From Laetmonice hystrix (lineage: Eukaryota), in NCBI GenBank assembly GCA_965235115.1, contig OZ249436.1, positions 12,588,001 to 12,652,000 of the forward strand: a DNA stretch of 64,000 bases. Reading direction: 5' to 3'. Shown here piece by piece: positions 38,501 through 50,608 of this stretch. Numbering within the stretch: the first letter of the stretch is position 1; each line of letters opens with the position of its first letter. The notes below the pieces were generated by a model that worked only from the letters and a program-made list of their open reading frames with translations, ran no database searches and was not told where the DNA came from. The position numbers and the translations under genes are program-made.

Positions 38501-41500
38501 ACTACTGGCTACTCTTGTATACAAGCAAACGGTACAGGGAGGCCAAACAGTACAGGGAGGAATCGCTACAAGGTATACTGGCTGACCTAGCACCTAAGCG
38601 AACACTACAGTGAGGCCCAAGAGTACAGTGAGGCCAAATAGTACACTGTGGGCCAAGCAGTGTGGGAGGCCAACCAGTAGAGTGAGAAGTCCCTACATCT
38701 TACCGGCTGGCCTATAGTAGCCATGCAAACACTACAGTGAGGTAGTGGAAATGAAAGGTACAAGCCGGGAGCATCTAATGTGAAAATCTGGAGAAGATAC
38801 TCAAATAGGAAGTGTACACATCACAACCATAGGCCTATATCTGTAGCGAACGTACGAGACCTATACGTTTGACAGTTATACATCTGGCCTAAGAATAATA
38901 ATTTTGGGCGGGCGTAGTTTAAGTTGACGTATCAAAAATGTAGCCATTTTTCGCTTATCATTCCTTTAACCTGTCTCTCGCCACAGGTGCCTGCCAGCTG
39001 TTTTCTGCCTGCAACATCTGTGTGTCATCTTTCTTTGTTTGTTTGTTACTTGGGGATGGGATATCTGATATAGAAAAGGCGTACAACGTCACTTGCCATT
39101 GTTAACTAAACCTTGACGGCAAACAGTCATTGGGACGACCTGACAACGTTGTTGGACGCTTACAGATGGTCTGTAGGGGACACAGATTAGATGGGAGTAG
39201 ATGATAGACGAGACGTATGGCCTGCCTCCTGGACAATAAAGGCATGGAAACATGAAACATGAGGCGTCCCTATACTACTGGCTACTCTTGTATACAAGCA
39301 AACGGTACAGGGGGGCCAAACAGTACAGGGAGGAATCGCTACAAGGTATACTGGCTGACCTAGCACCAAAGCGAACACTACAGTGAGGCCAAAGAGTACA
39401 GTCAGGCCAAATAGTACACTGTGGGGCCAAGCAGTGTGGGAGGCCAACCAGTAGAGTGAGAAGTCCCTACATCTTACCGGCTGGCCTATAGTAGCCATGC
39501 AAACACTACAGTGAGGTAGTGGAAATGAAAGGTACAGGCGAGGAGCATCTAATGTGAAAATCTGGAGAACATACTGAAATGGGAAGTGTCCACATCACAA
39601 CCATATATCTGTAGCGAACGTACGAGAGCTATACGTTTGACAGTTATACATCTGGCCTAAGAATAATAATTTTGGGCGGGCGTAGTTTAAGTTGACGTAC
39701 CAAAAATGTAGCCATTTTTCGCTTATCATTGCTTTAACCTGTCTCTCGCCACAGGTGCCTGCCAGCCCGGCCAGGTGTACGTGGTGATTCCACCGCTGGC
39801 CGGAAGGCGGCAGTGTAGTCAGCGCCGCCGCCGCCGCTTCAGTGGAGCTGCGCTGCACCCTGGTGTTTTCTGCCTGCAACATCTCTGTACTCTTTCTTTG
39901 TTTGTTTGTTACTTGGGGATGGGATATCTGATATAGAAAAGGCGTACAACGTCATTTGCCATTGTTAACTAAACCTTGACCGCAAACAGTCATTGGGACA
40001 ACCTGACAACGTTGTCGGACGCTTACAGATGGTCTGTAGGGGACACAGATTAGATGGGAGTAGATGATATAGGCCCTATAGACGAGACGTATGGCCTGCC
40101 TCCTGGACAATAAAGGCATGGAAACATGAAACATGAGGCGTCCCTATACTACTGGCTACTCTTGTATACAAGCAAACGGTACAGGGAGGCCAAACAGTAC
40201 AGGGAGGAATCGCTACAAGGTATACTGGCTGACCTAGCACCCAAGCGAACACTACAGTGAGGCCAAAGAGTACAGTGAGGCCAAATATAGTACACTGTGG
40301 GGCCAAGCAGTGTGGGAGGCCAAGCAGTAGAGTGAGAAGTCCCTACATCTTACCGGCTGGCCTATAGTAGCCATGCAAACACTACAGTGAGGTAATGGAA
40401 ATGAAAGGTACAGGCGAGGAGCATCTAATGTGAAAATCTGGAGAAGATACTCAAATGGGAAGTGTACCTACACATCACAACCATATATCTGTAGCGAACG
40501 TACGAGACCTATACGTTTGACAGTTATACATCTGGCCTAAGAATAATAATTTTGGGCGGACGTAGTTTCAAGTTGACGTATCAAAAATGTAGCCATTTTT
40601 CGCTTATCATTGCTTTAACCTGTCTCTCGCCACAGGTGCCTGCCAGCCCGGCCAGGTGTACGTGGTGATTCCACCGCTGGCCGGAAGACGGCAGTGCAGT
40701 CAGCGCCGCCGCCGCCGCTTCAGTGGAGCTGCGCTGCACCCTGGTGTTTTCTGCCTGCAACATCTGTGTGTCATCTTTCTTTGTTTGTTTGTTACTTGGG
40801 GATGGGATATCTGATATAGAAAAGGCGTACAACGTCATTTGCCATTGTTAACTAAACCTTTACGGCAAACAGTCATTGGGACGACCTGACAACGTTGTCG
40901 GACGCTTACAGATGGTCTGTAGGGGACACAGATTAGATGGGAGTAGATCATATATAGACGAGACGTATGGCCTGCCTCCTGGACAATAAAGGCATAGAAA
41001 CATGAAGCATGAGGCGTCCCTATACTACTGGCTACTCTTGTATACAAGCAAACGGTACAGGGAGGCCAAACAGTACAGGGAGGAATCGCTACAAGGTATA
41101 CTGGCTGACCTAGCACCTAAGCGAACACTACAGTGAGGCCCAAGAGTACAGTGAGGCCAAATAGTACACTGTGGGCCAAGCAGTGTGGGAGGCCAACCAG
41201 TAGAGTGAGAAGTCCCTACATCTTACCGGCTGGCCTATAGTAGCCATGCAAACACTACAGTGAGGTAGTGGAAATGAAAGGTACAAGCCAGGAGCATCTA
41301 ATGTGAAAATCTGGAGAACATACTCAAATGGGAAGTGTACACATCACAACCATATATCTGTAGCGAACGTACGAGACCTATACGTTTGACAGTTATACAT
41401 CTGGCCTAAGAATAATAATTTTGGGCGGGCGTAGTTTAAGTTGACGTATCAAAAATGTAGCCATTTTTCGCTTATCATTGCTTTAACCTGTCTCTCGCCA

Positions 41501-44500
41501 CAGGTGCCTGCCAGCCCGGCCAGGTGTACGTGGTGATTCCACCGCTGGCCGGAAGGCGGCAGTGCAGTCAGCGCCGCCGCCGCCGCTTCAGTGGAGCTGC
41601 GCTGCACCCTGGTGTTTTCTGCCTGCAACATCTGTGTGTCATCTTTCTTTGTTTGTTTGTTACTTGGGGATGGGATATCTGATATAGAAAAGGCGTACAA
41701 CGTCATTTGCCATTGTTAACTAAACCTTGACCGCAAACAGTCATTGGGACGACCTGACAACGTTGTTGGACGCTTACAGATGGTCTGTAGGGGACACAGA
41801 TTAGATGGGAGTAGATGATATATAGACGAGACGTATGGCCTGCCTCCTGGACAATAAAGGCATGGAAACATGAAGCATGAGGCGTCCCTATACTACTGGC
41901 TACTCTTGTATACAAGCAAACGGTACAGGGAGGCCAAACAGTACAGGGAGGAATCGCTACAAGGTATACTGGCTGACCTAGCACCTAAGCGAACACTACA
42001 GTGAGGCCCAAGAGTACAGTGAGGCCAAATAGTACACTGTGGGCCAAGCAGTGTGGGAGGCCAACCACTGGAGTGAGAAGTCCCTACATCTTACCGGCTG
42101 GCCTATAGTAGCCATGCAAACACTACAGTGAGGTAGTGGAAATGAAAGGTACAAGCCGGGAGCATCTAATGTGAAAATCTGGAGAAGATACTCAAATAGG
42201 AAGTGTACACATCACAACCATAGGCCTATATCTGTAGCGAACGTACGAGACCTATACGTTTGACAGTTATACATCTGGCCTAAGAATAATAATTTTGGGC
42301 GGGCGTAGTTTAAGTTGACGTATCAAAAATGTAGCCATTTTTCGCTTATCATTCCTTTAACCTGTCTCTCGCCACAGGTGCCTGCCAGCTGTTTTCTGCC
42401 TGCAACATCTGTGTGTCATCTTTCTTTGTTTGTTTGTTACTTGGGGATGGGATATCTGATATAGAAAAGGCGTACAACGTCACTTGCCATTGTTAACTAA
42501 ACCTTGACGGCAAACAGTCATTGGGACGACCTGACAACGTTGTTGGACGCTTACAGATGGTCTGTAGGGGACACAGATTAGATGGGAGTAGATGATAGAC
42601 GAGACGTATGGCCTGCCTCCTGGACAATAAAGGCATGGAAACATGAAACATGAGGCGTCCCTATACTACTGGCTACTCTTGTATACAAGCAAACGGTACA
42701 GGGGGGCCAAACAGTACAGGGAGGAATCGCTACAAGGTATACTGGCTGACCTAGCACCAAAGCGAACACTACAGTGAGGCCAAAGAGTACAGTCAGGCCA
42801 AATAGTACACTGTGGGGCCAAGCAGTGTGGGAGGCCAACCAGTAGAGTGAGAAGTCCCTACATCTTACCGGCTGGCCTATAGTAGCCATGCAAACACTAC
42901 AGTGAGGTAGTGGAAATGAAAGGTACAGGCGAGGAGCATCTAATGTGAAAATCTGGAGAACATACTGAAATGGGAAGTGTCCACATCACAACCATATATC
43001 TGTAGCGAACGTACGAGAGCTATACGTTTGACAGTTATACATCTGGCCTAAGAATAATAATTTTGGGCGGGCGTAGTTTAAGTTGACGTACCAAAAATGT
43101 AGCCATTTTTCGCTTATCATTGCTTTAACCTGTCTCTCGCCACAGGTGCCTGCCAGCCCGGCCAGGTGTACGTGGTGATTCCACCGCTGGCCGGAAGGCG
43201 GCAGTGTAGTCAGCGCCGCCGCCGCCGCTTCAGTGGAGCTGCGCTGCACCCTGGTGTTTTCTGCCTGCAACATCTCTGTACTCTTTCTTTGTTTGTTTGT
43301 TACTTGGGGATGGGATATCTGATATAGAAAAGGCGTACAACGTCATTTGCCATTGTTAACTAAACCTTGACCGCAAACAGTCATTGGGACAACCTGACAA
43401 CGTTGTCGGACGCTTACAGATGGTCTGTAGGGGACACAGATTAGATGGGAGTAGATGATATAGGCCCTATAGACGAGACGTATGGCCTGCCTCCTGGACA
43501 ATAAAGGCATGGAAACATGAAACATGAGGCGTCCCTATACTACTGGCTACTCTTGTATACAAGCAAACGGTACAGGGAGGCCAAACAGTACAGGGAGGAA
43601 TCGCTACAAGGTATACTGGCTGACCTAGCACCCAAGCGAACACTACAGTGAGGCCAAAGAGTACAGTGAGGCCAAATATAGTACACTGTGGGGCCAAGCA
43701 GTGTGGGAGGCCAAGCAGTAGAGTGAGAAGTCCCTACATCTTACCGGCTGGCCTATAGTAGCCATGCAAACACTACAGTGAGGTAATGGAAATGAAAGGT
43801 ACAGGCGAGGAGCATCTAATGTGAAAATCTGGAGAAGATACTCAAATGGGAAGTGTACCTACACATCACAACCATATATCTGTAGCGAACGTACGAGACC
43901 TATACGTTTGACAGTTATACATCTGGCCTAAGAATAATAATTTTGGGCGGACGTAGTTTCAAGTTGACGTATCAAAAATGTAGCCATTTTTCGCTTATCA
44001 TTGCTTTAACCTGTCTCTCGCCACAGGTGCCTGCCAGCCCGGCCAGGTGTACGTGGTGATTCCACCGCTGGCCGGAAGACGGCAGTGCAGTCAGCGCCGC
44101 CGCCGCCGCTTCAGTGGAGCTGCGCTGCACCCTGGTGTTTTCTGCCTGCAACATCTGTGTGTCATCTTTCTTTGTTTGTTTGTTACTTGGGGATGGGATA
44201 TCTGATATAGAAAAGGCGTACAACGTCATTTGCCATTGTTAACTAAACCTTTACGGCAAACAGTCATTGGGACGACCTGACAACGTTGTCGGACGCTTAC
44301 AGATGGTCTGTAGGGGACACAGATTAGATGGGAGTAGATCATATATAGACGAGACGTATGGCCTGCCTCCTGGACAATAAAGGCATAGAAACATGAAGCA
44401 TGAGGCGTCCCTATACTACTGGCTACTCTTGTATACAAGCAAACGGTACAGGGAGGCCAAACAGTACAGGGAGGAATCGCTACAAGGTATACTGGCTGAC

Positions 44501-46849
44501 CTAGCACCTAAGCGAACACTACAGTGAGGCCCAAGAGTACAGTGAGGCCAAATAGTACACTGTGGGCCAAGCAGTGTGGGAGGCCAACCAGTAGAGTGAG
44601 AAGTCCCTACATCTTACCGGCTGGCCTATAGTAGCCATGCAAACACTACAGTGAGGTAGTGGAAATGAAAGGTACAAGCCAGGAGCATCTAATGTGAAAA
44701 TCTGGAGAACATACTCAAATGGGAAGTGTACACATCACAACCATATATCTGTAGCGAACGTACGAGACCTATACGTTTGACAGTTATACATCTGGCCTAA
44801 GAATAATAATTTTGGGCGGGCGTAGTTTAAGTTGACGTATCAAAAATGTAGCCATTTTTCGCTTATCATTGCTTTAACCTGTCTCTCGCCACAGGTGCCT
44901 GCCAGCCCGGCCAGGTGTACGTGGTGATTCCACCGCTGGCCGGAAGGCGGCAGTGCAGTCAGCGCCGCCGCCGCCGCTTCAGTGGAGCTGCGCTGCACCC
45001 TGGTGTTTTCTGCCTGCAACATCTGTGTGTCATCTTTCTTTGTTTGTTTGTTACTTGGGGATGGGATATCTGATATAGAAAAGGCGTACAACGTCATTTG
45101 CCATTGTTAACTAAACCTTGACCGCAAACAGTCATTGGGACGACCTGACAACGTTGTTGGACGCTTACAGATGGTCTGTAGGGGACACAGATTAGATGGG
45201 AGTAGATGATATATAGACGAGACGTATGGCCTGCCTCCTGGACAATAAAGGCATGGAAACATGAAGCATGAGGCGTCCCTATACTACTGGCTACTCTTGT
45301 ATACAAGCAAACGGTACAGGGAGGCCAAACAGTACAGGGAGGAATCGCTACAAGGTATACTGGCTGACCTAGCACCTAAGCGAACACTACAGTGAGGCCC
45401 AAGAGTACAGTGAGGCCAAATAGTACACTGTGGGCCAAGCAGTGTGGGAGGCCAACCACTGGAGTGAGAAGTCCCTACATCTTACCGGCTGGCCTATAGT
45501 AGCCATGCAAACACTACAGTGAGGTAGTGGAAATGAAAGGTACAAGCCGGGAGCATCTAATGTGAAAATCTGGAGAAGATACTCAAATAGGAAGTGTACA
45601 CATCACAACCATAGGCCTATATCTGTAGCGAACGTACGAGACCTATACGTTTGACAGTTATACATCTGGCCTAAGAATAATAATTTTGGGCGGGCGTAGT
45701 TTAAGTTGACGTATCAAAAATGTAGCCATTTTTCGCTTATCATTCCTTTAACCTGTCTCTCGCCACAGGTGCCTGCCAGCTGTTTTCTGCCTGCAACATC
45801 TGTGTGTCATCTTTCTTTGTTTGTTTGTTACTTGGGGATGGGATATCTGATATAGAAAAGGCGTACAACGTCATTTGCCATTGTTAACTAAACCTTGACG
45901 GCAAACAGACATTGGGACGACCTGACAACGTTGTTGGACGCTTACAGATGGTCTGTAGGGGACACAGATTAGATGGGAGTAGATGATAGACGAGACGTAT
46001 GGCCTGCCTCCTGGACAATAAAGGCATGGAAACATGAAACATGAGGCGTCCCTATACTACTGGCTACTCTTGTATACAAGCAAACGGTACAGGGAGGCCA
46101 AACAGTACAGGGAGGAATCGCTACAAGGTATACTGGCTGACCTACCACCCAAGCGAACACTACAGTGAGGCCAAAGAGTACAGTGAGGCCAAATAGTACA
46201 CTGTGGGGCCAAGCAGTGTGGGAGGCCAACCAGTAGAGTGAGAAGTCCCTACATCTTACCGGCTGGCCTATAGTAGCCATGCAGACACTACAGTGAGGTA
46301 GTGGAAATGAAAGGTACAGGCGAGGAGCATCTAATGTGAAAATCTGGAGAACATACTGAAATGGGAAGTGTACACATCACAACCATATATCTGTAGCGAA
46401 CGTACGAGACCTATACGTTTGACAGTTATACATCTGGCCTAAGAATAATAATTTTAGGCGGGCGTAGTTTCAAGTTGATCTACCAAAAATGTAGCCATTT
46501 TTCGCTTATCATTGCTTTAACCTGTCGCTCGCCACAGGTAGGCCTACCTGCCAGCCCGGCCAGGTGTAGGCCCTACGTGGTGATTCCACCGCTGGCCGGA
46601 AGGCGGCAGTGCAGTCCGCGCCGCCGCCGCCGCCGCTTCAGTATAGAGCTGCGCTGCACCCTGGTGTTTTCTGCCTGCAACATCTGTGTGTCATCTTTCT
46701 TTGTTTGTTTGTTACTTGGGGATGGGATATCTGATATAGAAAGGGCGTACAACGTCATTTGCCATTGTTAACTAAACCTTGACGGCAAACAGTCATTGGG
46801 ACGACCTGACAACGTTGTCGGACGCTTACAGATGGTCTGTAAGGGACAC
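35596..46849. repeat. Macrosatellite, right block: about 13 monomers as three copies of a 3391 bp 4-monomer higher-order repeat plus a decayed end
   Basis: Equivalent ORF starts at 35796, 39187, 42578, 45969 (spacing 3391). Every fourth monomer has the same 97 bp deletion. Same orientation as the left block. Confidence 0.99.
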
Positions 46850-47359
46850 CTCACTCAGCCATATTTATCAGCCTATTTTGTCAATGAGTGGGCTAGAACC
46901 TGGGCCAGAGGCGGCCTATAGGCCGACTTCAGCCCCCCCCCCCCCCCCCCGGAAAAAGTATCTTCCGACGCTAGATTCTGTTTGCCTAGGCCCCTCAATA
47001 ATACAATGGAAATTATCGAGCCACTCAATAATTCATGGAAATTACCGGCCTGGGGCTGGTTAGCTCGAGAAACTCTAACCCTCGAGCTCCCGAAGAGTCA
47101 ACAGTTCAGTCATCGACTGGCATGGTAAGCCTACAACGGGACTAAAAAATCTGATGTAGGCTACCTACGGTTAGGCCTACTCAGTTCCGTTGACTTCGTA
47201 TGTTACCATCTTACTCCAACAAGCTAGTTACCATCTTTGCTATCTAAATTACAACTTTATTATCTGGTCTCTAAACGTGACATAAGAACCAAATACAAAA
47301 CTATTAGGCTTATGCTATTGCGGTAATGATGCGTTATCCGGCGTTAATTTAGTTTACTG

Positions 47360-47490
47360 TGCTGCCATCTTTTGGATTGCTGAGAATTAATTTTGACTGC
47401 AATTTTTCCGCCAGGTGGCAATGTCTGTGCAGGACGACGGCCAGTGTGAGAATGACATAAACAAAAGTTTCTTATAAATTCAGGATTAAG
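47360..47490 (+). promoter_or_regulatory. Probable promoter / 5' UTR exon region of CIAO2A with YY1-like and CTCF-like motifs
   Basis: gctgccatctt (reverse of AAGATGGCAGC, YY1-like) near 47361; CCGCCAGGTGGCAA 47408-47421; donor aag|gtaata at 47490/47491; acceptor ttatttatag|g at 47850/47851 just before the ATG. Confidence 0.45.
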
Positions 47491-47856
47491 GTAATAGTTT
47501 CCATAGCTGCACACATCAAACATTAGATTTTTATCTTCTTAATCATTATAATGATAAACATTCTTATTCGTACTCTTAGATGCCTGTAATGTTATTATGT
47601 TATTGGAATTATTATGTGGAACACCTATTATCGCCCTATCAACACTCCCATCACAATGTACGCAATTATGATTTATGACTAATGAAATATCTCTTTATTC
47701 CCCCCCCCCCCCCCATTCAACTTTGTTGACCATTATATTGCATAATTTAATAGGGTAATGGAAAACCTTAATTTTATCATTGAAATGTCATGAATGAAGT
47801 TTACTTTTCATATTTGTAAATTGTATGAGAACCCTGCGCATTATTTATAGGCCAAT

Positions 47857-50608
47857 ATGTCGTCTAGTTTCGATGCAGCGGAACTTCAAGAGCTAGCCTT
47901 TACTGTCTACGGTGAGTTCACCCCATTAAACTATAGACTAGCATAGTCTCCTGTCCTGGGGTGCATTGCATATAAAAAATCGATCTCGGCCCGCTCCATT
48001 AAAATGCCCCGTTAGATAGTGGGGCCCTTTTTAGGTGCCTGTTAAAAAACAGCAGCTAACGGAAATTGTAGTGGCTGGGAATTTTTTATGCATTGCAACA
48101 GCCTGTTAACTGACCGTAAGTGGAGGATTTAACGAGCGGGACTTATTATGCAATGCACCCCAGGGTCCTAAATTCATTAAACACCCAGCTGTTCAAGACA
48201 CCAGACACATTAACTAATGTATAGAACATTATGATGTTGCGATATGAAATGGTTGGCTATGGCAGACCTTAGGATTTGAAAAGTGCAGGGGAGTGATTAA
48301 TAGCTCCCCTCAGCTACTCTAGGAGAGTGATCTGGAAGCTCCCTTCAACCGAGGATTTTTCATATTACGATGTCTGTGGTCTCAACAGGTGTTTCGACTG
48401 TTTCGAATAGCGCGTGGTTGACAATGTATCGCTTGACTGGGTGCGATGACGCCGATTGGTCGGACCAATGGTAACACGGTTCTCAAAGTGGAAAGCCGAT
48501 CAAATACGTTGTAGTATATTGTATTCGGGACAAAAGTACAACATGGCGGTGATCAAAAATACACGCTGGACTGATCAACATTATCATGGTGGGGCTGAAC
48601 CACCGGCGATCTAGAAACCCTCCAGCATGTTTGCTGAGGTGCGCTATTCAATAGCAAGTACCTACGGGCGCGTATTTTCGCTCCTCTCCTAAGCTGTTTA
48701 GGGGCGTGCGAGAGCAATCACGCCCGTCAAAACCTAAGGTCTGCTATGGTTGTCGAATGATTTTCCTTGCCACAAAGTGGCTTCAGAATATTTTATTTCT
48801 GTGACTTGACAATGTAGACCTCATCCGTGACATCCGTGACCCTGAGAAACCAGAAAACTTGGAGGAGTTGGAGGTTGTATATGAGGAAGGAGTCTCTGTA
48901 CAGGTCCTCAATGCTGACACCTGCCTCATCTCTATCGAATTCAAACCAACTGTGCCACATTGCTCTCTCGCCACCCTTATAGGTATGCAATTTAATTGAG
49001 ATAACCTTGTTATATATTTTAGTTTATATCATGAAAATGTTTAGAAACTGGAATGTAGATAAGATTTTCCTAACTTTTTAAATTATACTCTCTATGGCTT
49101 GAAGCATTCAAATTATATGATTATTGGTGTCATCAAATTTTAATTGCTAACATTTAGAATGTTACTGCGATGCCTACAGATAGGATGTCATGACTAAATT
49201 CACTCTGATATTCAATTTTCATTATATCTAGAATTGAAATTGTTTGCCACAGGACTTTGTTTGAGAGTGAAGTTAGAGAGGATGCTGCCACAAAAACACA
49301 AGGTATGACCATAGTTTGAAGACTTCAGTCTTTAGCTCCTTGAACATTGGAAAAACAACTTATTATTCTATAGACAAAGCTCTGTAAATTTGTATACATC
49401 TCAACAACAAGGTTTCAAAATTCTTACACTGGAAAATTTTATGTGCTATTTTGGTGTCGGAACTAAAGCTGTGTTCCAGAATTATTTTCTTGTATTTCGT
49501 AAAACCTTAAGGCAAAGTCTTGAGGTGGGACATAAAATGCTAAAATAAGTCGCTCACATTTAGGGATCTCATGTCATTCTTAAGTAATATGATAACAGGT
49601 AAATAAATACTGTATCTTAGAGCCTCCATCGACTTAGTCAGAATTGCCAGCATTCTCAAAGAAGAAGTAATCATTGTAGTGCTTCACTGTCTAGAAATTA
49701 GAAAATAGGCTTTGTTCTTATTAACCTACAACCAACTATAGTATTTGAGGGACTATAGGTTGTGACATTTTTACCCAAAATGTCTGCCTGTAACCTATAC
49801 TTTGACGTGACATATCTATGGATTTGTACAACCATCAACCATGCAACTTATATAATAGGCCCTAGGTCAAACAGTGCCCCGTAAGGCCTACCTGTGAACT
49901 TTGAACATTAGCCATGAGGCATACATTGATACGCAAGATATTGTGACTCACAGATTAATAGATGTGGAGATTCTGGTGGCAGGGTATAGGCCTACAGTGT
50001 GCGACCTATACTCTGCTGTGACCGATTTATGTATTATGTCAGGTGGGAAGGCCTCTGTGACCTATAGTCCCCTGTGACTTATTTTCCATACTTTTCTTTC
50101 AGTTGGACATATTCATCAAAGAGGGAACCCACTCTACAAGGGATGAAAGTATGTATACCATAAATAACGATAAAATATTCACTTTTGGTAAAGGGATCAC
50201 CTTTTGTTTTAGATATGTTTGGGTAAGAAATGCAAAGATAGTAGCCATCCTAATGTGGTAATAGTAAAATTGAAAATATGACAAAGTTACTGGCATTTGT
50301 TTTGCTCGAGTAATAATCATTTTCAGTTGGAAAGGGAATGCCGAGCATTTAATTGTTCATTAATCATGTAGTAATAGATATTAGTCATCTTGAATCTGTA
50401 AAAAAAGACACAGTAGAGCAATTATTATTACCGGTACCCCCATACTGCAGACCCTGATCTAGATTACAGTGATTATGCAAATTGTTTGCCCTTTTCCCTT
50501 GTTTTAGTAAACAAGCAAATCAATGACAAGGAACGGATATCAGCAGCGATGGAAAATCCAAATCTACGCAGTTTAGTAGAAGAATGCATTGCTGAACAGG
50601 ACATGTAA
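47857..50608 (+). CDS. CIAO2A: Cytosolic iron-sulfur assembly component 2A (MIP18 family, FAM96A), 138 aa
   Basis: Exons 47857-47911, 48818-48982, 49253-49302, 50103-50148, 50508-50608; all GT-AG, phase-compatible, 417 nt. Translation [39 protein letters not shown]...[73 protein letters not shown]... carries the FAM96A signature ([19 protein letters not shown]). Confidence 0.96.
47956..48163. mobile_element. Intronic MITE (Harbinger-like ends) in CIAO2A
   Basis: ctggggtgcattgcata ... tatgcaatgcaccccag terminal inverted repeat. Confidence 0.75.
48257..48749. mobile_element. Intronic MITE in CIAO2A
   Basis: ctatggcagaccttaggatttga ... tcaaaacctaaggtctgctatgg imperfect TIR, with further internal inverted similarity (gaatagcgc / gcgctattc). 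Confidence 0.7.

Noticed and set aside
516..46771. Repeated 85, 93 and 103 aa ORFs in the satellite as a tandem gene family
   Set aside because: No recognisable domain; several start at non-ATG codons; copies are freely frameshifted, truncated or deleted. Their similarity just reflects DNA identity.
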